Shown here piece after piece: positions 24,156 through 34,432 of a stretch of DNA of 48,127 bases (its first letter is position 1; every line of letters begins with the position of its first letter). Origin of the DNA: Coniocarpon cinnabarinum (lineage: Eukaryota); assembly GCA_051942205.1 (NCBI GenBank), contig JAVECO010000172.1:1-48127 (forward strand), written 5' to 3'. The notes below the pieces were generated by a model. It did not search any database. It was not told where the DNA came from and saw only the letters and a list, made by a program, of their open reading frames with translations. The position numbers were made by a program, and so were the translations under genes.

Positions 24156-25697
24156 ATGGAGAAGAGCTCATATTTGACGTCGCCCGCCGAGACATCTTAT
24201 CACCACGCTACATGGGCGCGCACCTTTCACTCGCGCCCAGAGCTTTTCATCCAGCCGGAGGCTATCGAACAAGTCCAGGAAACACTACGATTAGCGCAAC
24301 GCGAACGCGCTCGCATCGTTGTCACTGGAGCTTCGCATTCTCCGTCCGACCTGACCTGCACCTCATCCTGGCTCGTGTCTCTGAAGAATCTCGCCAAGAT
24401 CCTCGACGTGAACAAGAGTGAGAAGACTGGGGAAGCTCGAGTGACCGTTCAGGCTGGTTTATCTCTCCATGACTTGTCAGAGAGCCTAGTAGAGTCTCAT
24501 GGCCTCATCATTCCAAATCTCGGCAGTATTGACGTTCAGTCTGTAGCGGGGGCTATCGCTACAGGTACTCATGGTTCCTCCCTCTATCATGGTATTCTGG
24601 CGCAAAATGTTTATTCCTTGAAGCTCTGTTTGGCCGATGGCTCGCTTGTAAAATGCTCTCCGACCGAGCGGCCGGACCTATTTCGTGCAGCGCTTGTCTC
24701 TCTTGGTGCGCTGGGCATCATTGTCGAAGTCGAGATCCGCATGGTGCCCACATGCAATGTGGAGTGGTCACAGGATCTTGCACATGTGCATGACGTCCTG
24801 TCAAACTGGGACAGTGGCCACTGGACACAAGCCGAGTTTGTGCGCTGCTGGTGGCTGCCATATCAACGCAATATGACAGTCTGGACTGGAAACAAGACCA
24901 CGAAGCCCAAGCGCGCTCCGAAGCCTGGTTTTCTGACAAAGGTGTTCGGGCCAATGTTTTATGAATACAGTCTGTGGTTCGCGCAACGCCATCCCTGGCT
25001 ATTACCACTGGTGGAGAGATTTATGTTTGGAGTCAACAACGGTCGATTGTCACCCGGGCACGTCTTCTCTGGAGTCGACGAGCAGCGATCTGCCCTGCTA
25101 ATGGACTGTGGATTCTCTCAGCTCGTCAATGAATGGGGCATACCTCTACACAAGGGGCCGGAAGCTATTCGGCGGCTCGAGGCATGGCTTCTCAACGATC
25201 AAAAAGCATCGGGCATCCCATACGATTCCAGCGGCGTATACGTACACTTCCCAATCGAGGTGCGCGTCACTGACAACAGCGCCTCCAGGACTCCCACGCG
25301 AGGGTTCCTCGATCCAACAGTGGAGGACGGACCGACGCTCTATTTCAACGCGACACTTTATAGACCTTTTGGAGAAGAGCCCACGTGTTTCAAGCGATAC
25401 TACGAGGCGTTCGAGTGGCTGATGAAGGACCTGGGCGGCAAGCCTCACTGGGCTAAAAACTTCCAAACTCTGTCGACGAAGGACATTGAAGCGATGTATG
25501 GCGACAATCTTAAAAAGTGGAGGGAGGTCAGGCAGAGCGTGGACCCGGAAGGTGCTTTTGTCGGCCCATGGCACAGACGGACTGTCCTTGCTGGGGACAC
25601 TCCGACGCTCGCAAGAGAGGAAAGATACGTTGGGAGGCGGCCGCAAGAAGGCGGAGGTTTCTTCTGGGAGGGAAAGCTTGAGTCGAAAGCTGGCTGA
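24156..25697 (+). CDS. ALO1: D-arabinono-1,4-lactone oxidase
   Basis: TWARTF, SHSPSD (covalent FAD His), NLGSI, GAIATGTHG, SLGALG, HFPIEVR and GGKPHWAK. Confidence 0.93.
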   Translation: MEKSSYLTSPAETSYHHATWARTFHSRPELFIQPEAIEQVQETLRLAQRERARIVVTGASHSPSDLTCTSSWLVSLKNLAKILDVNKSEKTGEARVTVQAGLSLHDLSESLVESHGLIIPNLGSIDVQSVAGAIATGTHGSSLYHGILAQNVYSLKLCLADGSLVKCSPTERPDLFRAALVSLGALGIIVEVEIRMVPTCNVEWSQDLAHVHDVLSNWDSGHWTQAEFVRCWWLPYQRNMTVWTGNKTTKPKRAPKPGFLTKVFGPMFYEYSLWFAQRHPWLLPLVERFMFGVNNGRLSPGHVFSGVDEQRSALLMDCGFSQLVNEWGIPLHKGPEAIRRLEAWLLNDQKASGIPYDSSGVYVHFPIEVRVTDNSASRTPTRGFLDPTVEDGPTLYFNATLYRPFGEEPTCFKRYYEAFEWLMKDLGGKPHWAKNFQTLSTKDIEAMYGDNLKKWREVRQSVDPEGAFVGPWHRRTVLAGDTPTLAREERYVGRRPQEGGGFFWEGKLESKAG

Positions 25698-26095
25698 GGT
25701 CAAAGTGATGTCGCCCCAAGTCAGCTCAGGGTAGTCTGCGTAGATGATGCTCTATACCAATTTCAACGACGTTCCTCATATTTGACGGCGTTTTTGAATG
25801 CACATGTACAGTAAGATAGTTATGTATCATGAGCCAATGCTTCAGACACTTCACCAGGATCCCTGCCGTACCTCCGCCGTTGGACCGCAGAATTTCCACA
25901 TTTGGCTGTTGTTGATCTCAGCGCTTCACTTGAGGTGCAAGGCCGAACGCAAGGTACTCATGCGCCTGCCCTTGGTCAAGCTCTTGACATAAGATGAGGC
26001 CAGATCAGGTGATAAGCATTGCCTCCTGTGACGCCCACGGAGCTGATGTCCTGCCTTGCGAATAATTGCGACAAGCTAGCGGCACCTCCAACCTA

Positions 26096-28402
26096 ATGGC
26101 CTCCTCAGAATCCATTCCACCTCAAACCATCACCCTCCGAGTGCTCGCGCAACTTCCCGAGCCCGACGATGTTCGTCGCTACGATAGCCTCCAGTCTGAT
26201 GTCACTGTTGGTGCTTTGAAAATACGGCTATCTCAAGAGCTGGCCTCGAAGCCTGCGCCGAGCCAGATCCGCCTGATCCATGCTGGGCATCCTTTAACGA
26301 ACGATGCGTCAAGCCTACAAGAGGTGTTCGGCCGCGAGGCCTTCGTTCAAAATGGGACGTTTACAATACACATGATCGTACGAGACAACCAGACACCGTC
26401 AAGTCGGTCAGGGACGAGCAGAGCTGGCACGCCGACCGCGACCCAGCCACCAAGAACTTCGATACCCCAGCTTGGTGTCGGCGCTGCAGCAGGCGCAGGT
26501 GGTGTTCCTCTGCCTCCCAATGTAGCCATACCCAATGGGCTCATGCCCAACGGGCTAATGCCCAATGGACCAATGCCAGCAGGCATGGGAATGCCAATGC
26601 CAATGCAAATGCCGATGCAGATGCAGATTCCTCTACCACCTGCAGCTGCGCCCTTCAATCCCATGTTTCAGCCTGGCTTTATGAACTTCCCACCACAAGG
26701 TCCCTGGGTGCGGACCACGCCACAGATGGCAATGCCACCAGAAGGTGTCAACGCTGTGACAACGCAAGATCAAAACCCTGAAAGCACAGCCCAGAACTCT
26801 TCAGACCTCCAGAATTCACAAGGCAGACTTGCTGGAGAGGCTCAAAATGCCGGCGGAATGCAGGCGCCACATGCTGAAGTACCTCCGCATATGGCTGGTC
26901 ATCCAAGAGCTAACGCGATTCCAAGTCCAAATCCTGCAATGATGCAGCAAATGCATCAGCAACGTGTAGCTGCCATGATGCGTCTGAATCAGCAGCGCCA
27001 GAATCAAGCGAACCAGAATCACCAGCCCGCTCACTCGAATTCCCCATCGCCACAGATACAGCAAAACAATGCTACAACGGATGGACCTGCTGCAAGGCCA
27101 GGTCTCAGTGACCAATCCGAGAGCCAAGCAACGCGGACGAACAACCCATCGCCTCGCCAAGAGAACTTCATGCAGCCATTCCAAACGCCATTACCTGGCG
27201 TAGCAGGGCCTGCCATGCCATTTGCAAATCCCACTGGGCCCGCGACGCAGGTACGAGAGGCGACAGGTCCGAACGGCGAGCGTGTTCAAGTGGTTCAATC
27301 AGTATTCTCGGGAGCAATTCCATTCAACTTCCAAGGCATGCCATTGCAAGCGCAGTCACACCAACAGCCTGCTGGTGATCAGCAGAGATCGCCTTCGCAG
27401 AGCCAGCCGACTGTTGCGTACATGCTCAACTCACCTTCGGGCCCTCAGGCGCTTGTATATACACATGACGGAGTGTTTTCAAGTGGACCTCCTAGCAATG
27501 TGTCGAGACCTACAACCACCACCTACAATAATGCCGCGCCGTCATCGTCTTCCAGTGTTCCAACTTCTTCCTCAGCGCCGCAGCCGACTATAATTCGTCA
27601 ACAACAGCAGCAGGCTCAGCAGCAGCTCCAACAACCGGAGAGGCATCAGGGAGAGCAGCGCGCAGCCGGCGCCGAAGAAGCCAACGGCGATATTCTGACG
27701 CTTCTTGGTGTCGTATTCCGTCACGTGTGGCTCCTTGTCCGCATATTCGGGCTTATCTGGCTGCTTACTCGGGGCGCGAGTAATAGGAGGACCTTACTGA
27801 TTGTATTGTTCACAAGCGTTTTCCTTCTGGTGCAGGCAGGAGTGTTTGGAGAACGCCCAATTGAAAGACTACGCGCGCAATTAGAACGAGCTGCAACCGA
27901 CCGCGTTCATGCTGGCGCTGGACGGGCAGATGGGCAAGGAGCAAACGACAATCAGGCGGTTGCACGTCCATCTGGTGGTGATCCCGCGGGTTCACAGCGA
28001 GGCGAGCAAAATAGCTCCAATCCTCCAAGAGGTGCAAACCAAGGCACGCAGCGTGATTCTGGGTGGCTGTGGGAGCGTTTTGGAGGAATCGAACGGGCTT
28101 TCACATTGTTCCTGGCAAGTCTATGGCCAGGCGTCGGCGAGCGGCAGATAGTTGCCCAAGAGCGCGTCGAGAGGGAAGCTAGAGAGGCGCAGGAACAAGA
28201 GCAGGCGAGGAGGAGGGAAGAAGCCGAGGGCCAGCCTGAGAGACAGGGTCCACGTATATTTCGAGCTGGGGCGGATGGCAATTGGCACGAAGCTGGGAGG
28301 ACAGTTGGTCGAGATCGAGGAAGAAGCAGCGCTGTTGAGGATCAGCAGAATGACGATGGGGTGCGGGAGAGAAGGGCACCAACGGACGGTGCTCAGGCCT
28401 GA
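26096..28402 (+). CDS. N-terminal ubiquitin-like domain membrane protein (HERP/Usa1-like, ERAD-related by inference)
   Basis: UBL region TVGALKIRL...QIRLIHAGHPL...TIHMIVR; long Q/P/M-rich linker; hydrophobic hairpin WLLVRIFGLIWLL...; FLASLWPGVGE. Confidence 0.8.
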   Translation: MASSESIPPQTITLRVLAQLPEPDDVRRYDSLQSDVTVGALKIRLSQELASKPAPSQIRLIHAGHPLTNDASSLQEVFGREAFVQNGTFTIHMIVRDNQTPSSRSGTSRAGTPTATQPPRTSIPQLGVGAAAGAGGVPLPPNVAIPNGLMPNGLMPNGPMPAGMGMPMPMQMPMQMQIPLPPAAAPFNPMFQPGFMNFPPQGPWVRTTPQMAMPPEGVNAVTTQDQNPESTAQNSSDLQNSQGRLAGEAQNAGGMQAPHAEVPPHMAGHPRANAIPSPNPAMMQQMHQQRVAAMMRLNQQRQNQANQNHQPAHSNSPSPQIQQNNATTDGPAARPGLSDQSESQATRTNNPSPRQENFMQPFQTPLPGVAGPAMPFANPTGPATQVREATGPNGERVQVVQSVFSGAIPFNFQGMPLQAQSHQQPAGDQQRSPSQSQPTVAYMLNSPSGPQALVYTHDGVFSSGPPSNVSRPTTTTYNNAAPSSSSSVPTSSSAPQPTIIRQQQQQAQQQLQQPERHQGEQRAAGAEEANGDILTLLGVVFRHVWLLVRIFGLIWLLTRGASNRRTLLIVLFTSVFLLVQAGVFGERPIERLRAQLERAATDRVHAGAGRADGQGANDNQAVARPSGGDPAGSQRGEQNSSNPPRGANQGTQRDSGWLWERFGGIERAFTLFLASLWPGVGERQIVAQERVEREAREAQEQEQARRREEAEGQPERQGPRIFRAGADGNWHEAGRTVGRDRGRSSAVEDQQNDDGVRERRAPTDGAQA

Positions 28403-28832
28403 GGCCGCTATTGTTGGCACACTTCTCACTCTGGGAGAGGAGATGGATGATGATGATGATACCCATGTACGATAATATAATACAAATTAGACAAGGTGAT
28501 GCTCATCGTCTTCGCAATAGACGGTCTCAATTGCCAGTCTCGCGTGAGATTGTATGCCTGAAGTGGTGACATGCAGTAGCGCACGTTATGACGCCCAAGC
28601 TAGGACAATCGACCTCGAATCACCTCTCCTTTGCTTCGGGACTGTCTGCTCCTCCTCTACAATCTCGAGCTTCAACAATCATAATTTCACAGCGCATCAG
28701 AACCATCGTTGCTGGACAAGCCCTGAGCGAACTCTGCTGATGCGGGTTGACATGCTGCCCTCGACGCCTCGATGACTCGGCCTGGTTAAACCTCTCTCTA
28801 GCGCCACCTCGAAAACTACCAGACTCTTCAGG

Positions 28833-30539
28833 ATGGCTTCAAGGCCCAAGATGACGGGTCGAGCTTTCTACGAGAGCATAGGAAGCCCCAGGGTCGTTCT
28901 CGCTCCTATGGTATGCTTGCATCCTCGCCTGTAGCCTCCACCTTACTGACCTGCTGACAGCATCCAGGTTGATCAAAGTGAGTTCGCGTGGCGGGTGCTG
29001 ACGAGATCCTTCATGCCCGACGATGCAGCACACTCTTTACTAGCATACACGCCGATGCTGCATAGCCGTCTGTACGGTGTGGATCCAAAGTATCGCCGCA
29101 AAATGTTTGAACCTACACGTAGTAAAATCAGATCGAGTTCGTTGCCGACGAGAAAGGCCGCTGTTGCGCAGAACAGCAGCTCACAAAAAGCAACTCAAGA
29201 ACACGATCTATTCTTGGATGGCAACCCATCTTGTGACCGACCGTTGACTGTTCAATTCTGCTCCAACGATGCCGAGGACTTCCTTGCCGCTGCTCAACGC
29301 GTCGCACCCTACTGCGATGCTGTTGACCTGAATCTTGGTTGCCCCCAAGGGATCGCACGCAAAGGCCACTACGGCGCCTTTTTACAAGAAGAGTGGTCAC
29401 TTATTCGTGATATGATCAGTACGCTCGCCCGTGAGCTGCCAGTACCTGTCACAGCAAAAATGAGGATACTTGAGACAAAGGAGAAGACCCTGGAGTACGC
29501 TCGCATGATAGTAAATGCCGGTGCAAGCATCCTCACCGTTCATGGCCGGCGGCGAGAACAAAAGGGCCACATCACGGGCGTTGCAGACTGGACAGTACTT
29601 CGTTATTTGCGAGAGCAGCTACCTCCTGAGACTGTCCTATTCGCAAATGGCAACATTCTACTCTACGAGGATATCCAGCATTGCTTGGACTTGACTGGAT
29701 TTGATGCGGTCATGAGCGCTGAAGGAAATCTGTGCGACCCAAGCATCTTTGCTCCACCTCCGCTGCCAGGGACGAAGTCTCGAGAATACTGGCGTGGAAG
29801 TGATGGTAAGGGTGGCTATCGAATGGACGCTGTTGTCCGCAGATACCTGGACATTTTGTACCGGCACGTTCTCGAAGTTGATCCACCACAGCGGCCACCA
29901 CTCCACATTCCAAACGAGGGGAAGCTGCCCAGTGTTTCGACCAGTCACGCTTCTGAGCCCCCGAAGAAGAAACAAAAACAAGAAAGTTCTACCGAAGCCC
30001 AGCAAAAGGTTCAATCCCCGAATCTCCTTGCTGTGCGGCCACACTTGTTCAGTCTTCTGAGACCGCTTGTTGCAAAGCATACTCACATCCGTGACGCTCT
30101 AGCCAAGGCACAGCCCGGTGACATGGCTGCATACGAACATATCCTGTATCTCATCGAAGTTGTTACAGCTGAAGCTCTTGTTGAACACCAGAGAGGCAAT
30201 GAACATGTAGCTGAGCATGCCGAGAAGAGGAAGTCAGACGTGCCAAAGGAAACTGCCAAAACAGACGTTCCAGACGAGGAAAACAGCTCTGTGGCCACAG
30301 CCAAACGATGTTGGCGCCCGTGGTGGGTGTGCCAGCCGCATGTGCGACCATTACCAGCAGAAGCTATTGCAAAGGGATCGATCACTCTAGGTAAGAAAGC
30401 GAAGCAGCAGTTGCAAGCCGACGAAAGTCTCGCGAAGGACGTTGGCCTTCCTCCTCAAGGCTCGTCAACAACAGTGCAGCCCGATGCAAATTCGACCGAG
30501 CGTATCGAGGTGCCTAAGGAAGGACTCGTATGTGGATGA
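28833..30539 (+). CDS. DUS1: tRNA-dihydrouridine(16/17) synthase; intron 28911-28967
   Basis: Spliced LAPM/VDQSEFAWR; DRPLTVQFC; DLNLGCPQGIARKGHYGAFL (catalytic Cys); TVHGRRREQKG; FANGNI; MSAEGNL. Confidence 0.95.
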
Positions 30540-31361
30540 GCTATGGGTAAGGGCAATCCTTTGCTATGTAAAACAACAGACATTCAGGAGAAAAAACGTG
30601 CTTACCCTGGCCAACTTCAAAATGTCTTTTGTTTTCTGTCTCTCTCCTCACACGCATTGATTGCATGGAAAAATGCCTGACAATGCTGGTCTTTCCTTTT
30701 CTACTTCGCTGCTATCATCGCCTTCGTCGTGTGTTTTGGCTGCGTGCAACCCTGTTGCGCCCTGGAGGACAGGTCGTTGTTCAAGTTCCCAAGCAAGGAT
30801 TGTATAGCCACTCGATGACTTTGCATAACCTTCCACCAGCCTTTACTCATGGCGAAAACACTGTGCACTATATTGATGAATATATACTTCGAAGTTTCGC
30901 GAGGAGTACCAAAAGCTTTTGCACATGTGCCCTCACTAGCACTCCATGATGAATTGCAATTCCGATCACCGATCAAAGAGGACGAAATACGTATGAGCAT
31001 GCGTCAATGTTCTGGCGCCAGTCTTGAGGTACATCTTGCCAGAATGTGACAGTGACGGCAAGCTATATCTGCGGAAAAGATCAGAAGCTAATCGAACCAC
31101 TGCTTTGCTAATTGTCATCCAGCCTGAAAATCACGAGAAGTTCACATGTTCAGCCTCACACAGCAGACATCCGCACAGCATCACTCAATTTGCTTCGGAT
31201 AAGATAAAACAACCACAGCTTCGCTTGTCTCCGCCATGGAGGACGGAAATGCATTGACAAACTTGTGTCTCAACAGAGATCAGGGTCCTTCAAGAAAGTA
31301 TCGTCATCTTCTACCTAACGCATACAGCGCTGATCACTATCTCCTTGCAAGCTGCCTGGTC

Positions 31362-31481
31362 GGGCCTCAGAATCTCAATTAAGAGAATATCAACATTAAG
31401 ATACCATCCAAGGCCGTGAACGAAGCAAAGCCCGGAGGCGCTGGCGGGGCGTACACTCACCAGCTCTTTCATCATTGACCC
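31362..31481 (-). ncRNA. Box C/D snoRNA-like unit Y7
   Basis: GGGTC-A-ATGATGA ... CTGA-GGCCC. The 5' part AAGAG resembles Y1. Confidence 0.75.
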
Positions 31482-31557
31482 ATGGCTGCGTTGAGTCAAA
31501 AAGAAAAGCTCTTGAAAAAATGCTGCTACACGTTCGTACACTCCCCCGACCTATCGT

Positions 31558-31678
31558 GACCTCAGAGGTAGCATGGTTTACCGGAGACCGCGTTACACTG
31601 CGGCCTAGGCTCGCAGGTAGTCACAGCCCCGCACGTCCCGAAGTGAACTGTGGCCCTACAGTTCACTCATCATTGGTC
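31558..31678 (-). ncRNA. Box C/D snoRNA-like unit X7 (divergent)
   Basis: GACC-A-ATGATGA ... TACCT-CTGA-GGTC, with a 10-bp internal hairpin AGTGAACTGT/ACAGTTCACT. Confidence 0.75.
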
Positions 31679-32083
31679 TGAGCTGGCATCAACGGGACGC
31701 CAATAGCAGAAACAAACTGGCGTCGCCCTTTCCCCTTGACGACTCTGGCATCATTCTTCACGGTCACGTCCTTGTCAGATGTGTTTTGTCATGGACGTGC
31801 AAAATCCCTCGTTCAAATGAGTCTAGGACGAGCTGACCGCGACGCAGAATGCCACCTAGCAAACACGCCTCGATAGATGCACACGGTCCGATCAACGACT
31901 GCATACTGTCCAACCAGACGCTGTCAAAGCAGCAACCTGCACATGTTTCCAACAGCGAGAGCTTAAGTAGCACATTGCTTAAAAGAAAAGAGGTGGAAGG
32001 AAAAAACCATGGAAAACAGAAAGGTCCCGCACTCGATCCTCCCTCGAAGTTCCCTTCGACACACTTCGATCCCTCCAAATTAG

Positions 32084-32208
32084 GTCTCATATTGGCGGGG
32101 AGCGTCGCCTGCCCCTGAAAAGGTTGCCAAACAACACGGCTGCGGACGAAGCACCGCCGGTTGCCGCCGCTGGTTTATCGACATTTTTGCGGCTATTTAA
32201 TCATCGAC
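32084..32208 (-). ncRNA. Box C/D snoRNA-like unit Y6 with compensatory C/D variant
   Basis: GTC-G-ATGATTA ... ATGA-GAC, with Y-family GCGGCGG..GTGCTTCG blocks. Confidence 0.6.
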
Positions 32209-32268
32209 TCATGCGTTCGCTAGCCGGCAGGGACTTATTGGTGGGTGGTGGACATGGCTTTCTCAGGC

Positions 32269-32364
32269 GGCCTCAGAGGTAAGCAGGACGACCCAGAATC
32301 AAGCGTATCCGATATGACATCGGCGTCGACTTGTCCCGGCTGCGAGCCCAGATCATCATTGGCC
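32269..32364 (-). ncRNA. Box C/D snoRNA-like unit X6
   Basis: GGCC-A-ATGATGA ... CGCAGCC..GTCGAC ... TACCT-CTGA-GGCC. Confidence 0.75.
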
Positions 32365-32474
32365 AGGCATTAAAATGGGGGAAAGAAAAGGGAACAGAAT
32401 GAAACCCGTGCTTCTCGTCGATAGAAGAGACGAGTCTCCTCTCTCGACGCCTCCTGCTATGGGCTAACCAATGC

Positions 32475-32629
32475 AGTCTCAGAGTCTGGAACGACAGAAC
32501 CGCTGCGAAGAGCAGTACGCCGCCGCCCGTCGCACTTGTAGGCTGACGGGCTATTTCTGTTTTGAATCGATGTTAACTGCTGATATTCCTGAGGCGGAAA
32601 TGTTGTGCTAAGACTTACCATCATCGACT
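32475..32629 (-). ncRNA. Box C/D snoRNA-like unit Y5, interrupted by a putative intron (32557-32618) inside box C
   Basis: AGTC-G-ATGATG|GTAAGT...GTTAAC...CAG|AAATAGCC ... CTGA-GACT. Confidence 0.7.
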
Positions 32630-32722
32630 TCGCGGCTTTGGTTTCTCTTGATTTCTCCCCGCGGGCGAACTAACCTGTCTTTTACTTCCTCTTGATCGTT
32701 CCCCTCAGGCAGATCACCGCCT

Positions 32723-32815
32723 GCCTCTGAGGAAGCCCAGGTAATCCCAACACAAGAGCAATGGCAATGCCATCGTCGACCTGCACCAGGCTGCGCACCA
32801 TTCTCATCATCGGCC
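32723..32815 (-). ncRNA. Box C/D snoRNA-like unit X5 (box D variant CAGA)
   Basis: GGCC-G-ATGATGA ... TGGTGCGCAGCCTGGT..GTCGAC ... TCCT-CAGA-GGC. Confidence 0.65.
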
Positions 32816-32896
32816 AGACCAACGTGAACTACGTCAAAGGAAGACGTTGTACTTCTCTCCTCCCTCGCCGCACCTCACTTGTGTAATGTGCTATAC

Positions 32897-33006
32897 GACC
32901 TCAGACTTTGAATACAACTAACCATTTTTCGGCTACACTGCCACGAAGAGCAGCATACCGTCGCTAATCCGACCATATGGTACAGACAGCTATGTCATCA
33001 TCGGTC
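32897..33006 (-). ncRNA. Box C/D snoRNA-like unit Y4
   Basis: GACC-G-ATGATGA ... GCGACGG..CTTCG ... CTGA-GGTC. Confidence 0.75.
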
Positions 33007-33107
33007 TGGGAAATTCCGATCACTCTACAGTGCGCATTGAATCGACCCACCATCGTTGCCGGCAGAAGTCATTCGGGATCGTTCCGCCGGAATGCAGAAT
33101 AATCTGC

Positions 33108-33210
33108 ATGGCCTCAGAGGACGCACAGGCTGTCCCAATGCATGAGCATCAGCGTCGTAACACTGATGTCAACACACACCAGGCTGCGCACCAGAGTCGT
33201 CACTGGCCAT
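33108..33210 (-). ncRNA. Box C/D snoRNA-like unit X4
   Basis: ATGGCC-A-GTGACGA ... TGGTGCGCAGCCTGGT ... TCCT-CTGA-GGCCAT (6-bp stem). Confidence 0.75.
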
Positions 33211-33493
33211 CATTTCACGTTCCTGGCATTGCCAATGAAAAACATAGAATGAACGTTCTTCTTCAACACAACCCAGTGTCCGATAAGCATTGTAATTTGT
33301 GAAGCTAATAAAATAGAACTCTACTGGGTTCCCGCGGAACTCGCGTGCAGACTTGAATAGTAGCGCAGATGACACCTTCTCTTATCGCCCCAGCTTGAAC
33401 AAAAAAGCAGCCGTGAATCGCAACAAAACTCTCATATCCAAGGAAAGAAACTTTGCCAGCATCCTCGTAAACAACCCAAGGATCACAGTGTAC

Positions 33494-33611
33494 GACCTCA
33501 GAGCCCACAAATGCCTTTGTGGGGGTAATCGACAAAGGCTCATCCAGAAAGGTGAATAAGTCAATGCCGTGGCCGTCGGTACGAAGCCCCACAGCCGCAT
33601 CATCACGGGTC
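33494..33611 (-). ncRNA. Box C/D snoRNA-like unit Y3
   Basis: GACC-C-GTGATGA ... CGACGG ... CTGA-GGTC. Confidence 0.75.
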
Positions 33612-33657
33612 TGCACCTTAAAAGAATAAGAAAATATCGGGCTGCAGGCAGGCCCTG

Positions 33658-33775
33658 ACCTGTGGCCTCAGAGGAACACTATTCAGCTCCCAACCGCTTG
33701 CTTGCTCTGGTGTCCGAAGACTCCGGCAGCGTGTACGCCGAAGGGTAGTGACCAGTCTCGTCACTGGCCACAGGT
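33658..33775 (-). ncRNA. Box C/D snoRNA-like unit X3
   Basis: Perfect 10-bp terminal stem ACCTGTGGCC/GGCCACAGGT around GTGACGA ... CTGA, with internal C(TTCG)G tetraloop hairpins. Confidence 0.78.
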
Positions 33776-33868
33776 GAAGGACAAGGAAAGGTAAGGAAAC
33801 ATCAACGGAAGAATTGCTCGCAAGGGTTTTCCTCCCTCGAGGGCTCCACGGTCAGTCGCAACTCATAC

Positions 33869-33977
33869 AGCCTCAGAAGATATCGCAAAGCAAACCGAAA
33901 CGACATAGCCACATCGAAGCGCAGCAGTGTCGCCGTCGCCGGGACGTACACACAGCGCGACTGTTTCATCACAGGCT
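33869..33977 (-). ncRNA. Box C/D snoRNA-like unit Y2
   Basis: AGCC-T-GTGATGA ... GCGACGG..CTTCG..TGTCGTTTCGG ... CTGA-GGCT. Confidence 0.75.
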
Positions 33978-34043
33978 TTCTGCTACGGTATCAGATCGCA
34001 CGGTCTAATCCCCTAGATCGTTCACGGCAGGCAGATCGCCGCC

Positions 34044-34158
34044 TGTGCCTCTGAGGAATATGCAGGTTGTCCCATTCCGCTGCACTGCATTGTTGCCACT
34101 GGCTCATGCAGCGTCGACACCAAACGGGCTGCACACCTTGTTCTCATCATCGGCCACA
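34044..34158 (-). ncRNA. Box C/D snoRNA-like unit X2 (box D variant CAGA)
   Basis: TGTGGCC-G-ATGATGA ... GCAGCC..GTCGAC ... TCCT-CAGA-GGCACA. Confidence 0.65.
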
Positions 34159-34268
34159 AATCGAGAAAAAAAAGGCAAAGGAAATGAAGTAGTGGGCTAC
34201 GTCAATGGAAAATTCTTCGGCATCCTCCCTCGATGCACCTCACGTGTGTCATTAAGATGCGTTAGAAC

Positions 34269-34375
34269 AGCCTCAGATTGGAAGCGCACTTCCCGAAACG
34301 ACAATACCGTGACGAAGCACGATGATGCCGCCGTCGCTGAGTGCGAGCACTCGGTCGACTCTTTCATCATTGGCC
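34269..34375 (-). ncRNA. Box C/D snoRNA-like unit Y1
   Basis: GGCC-A-ATGATGA ... GCGACGG..GTGCTTCG..TGTCGTTTCGG ... CTGA-GGCT. Confidence 0.75.
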
Positions 34376-34432
34376 CAAGTAAAAAGCAGACAAATGAAAG
34401 AGATCATTCGGGGCAGGCAGATCGTCGCCTGT

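Noticed and set aside
336..30539. Functional RNA-modification cluster (PUS7, DUS1, snoRNAs)
   Set aside because: PUS7 and DUS1 are about 26 kb apart with unrelated genes between them; co-location is likely chance.
32723..34056. Hammerhead ribozyme cores from CTGAGGA on the + strand (32727, 34051)
   Set aside because: Paralogous copies have CAGAGG at this position, and the motif is simply the reverse complement of the box D region.
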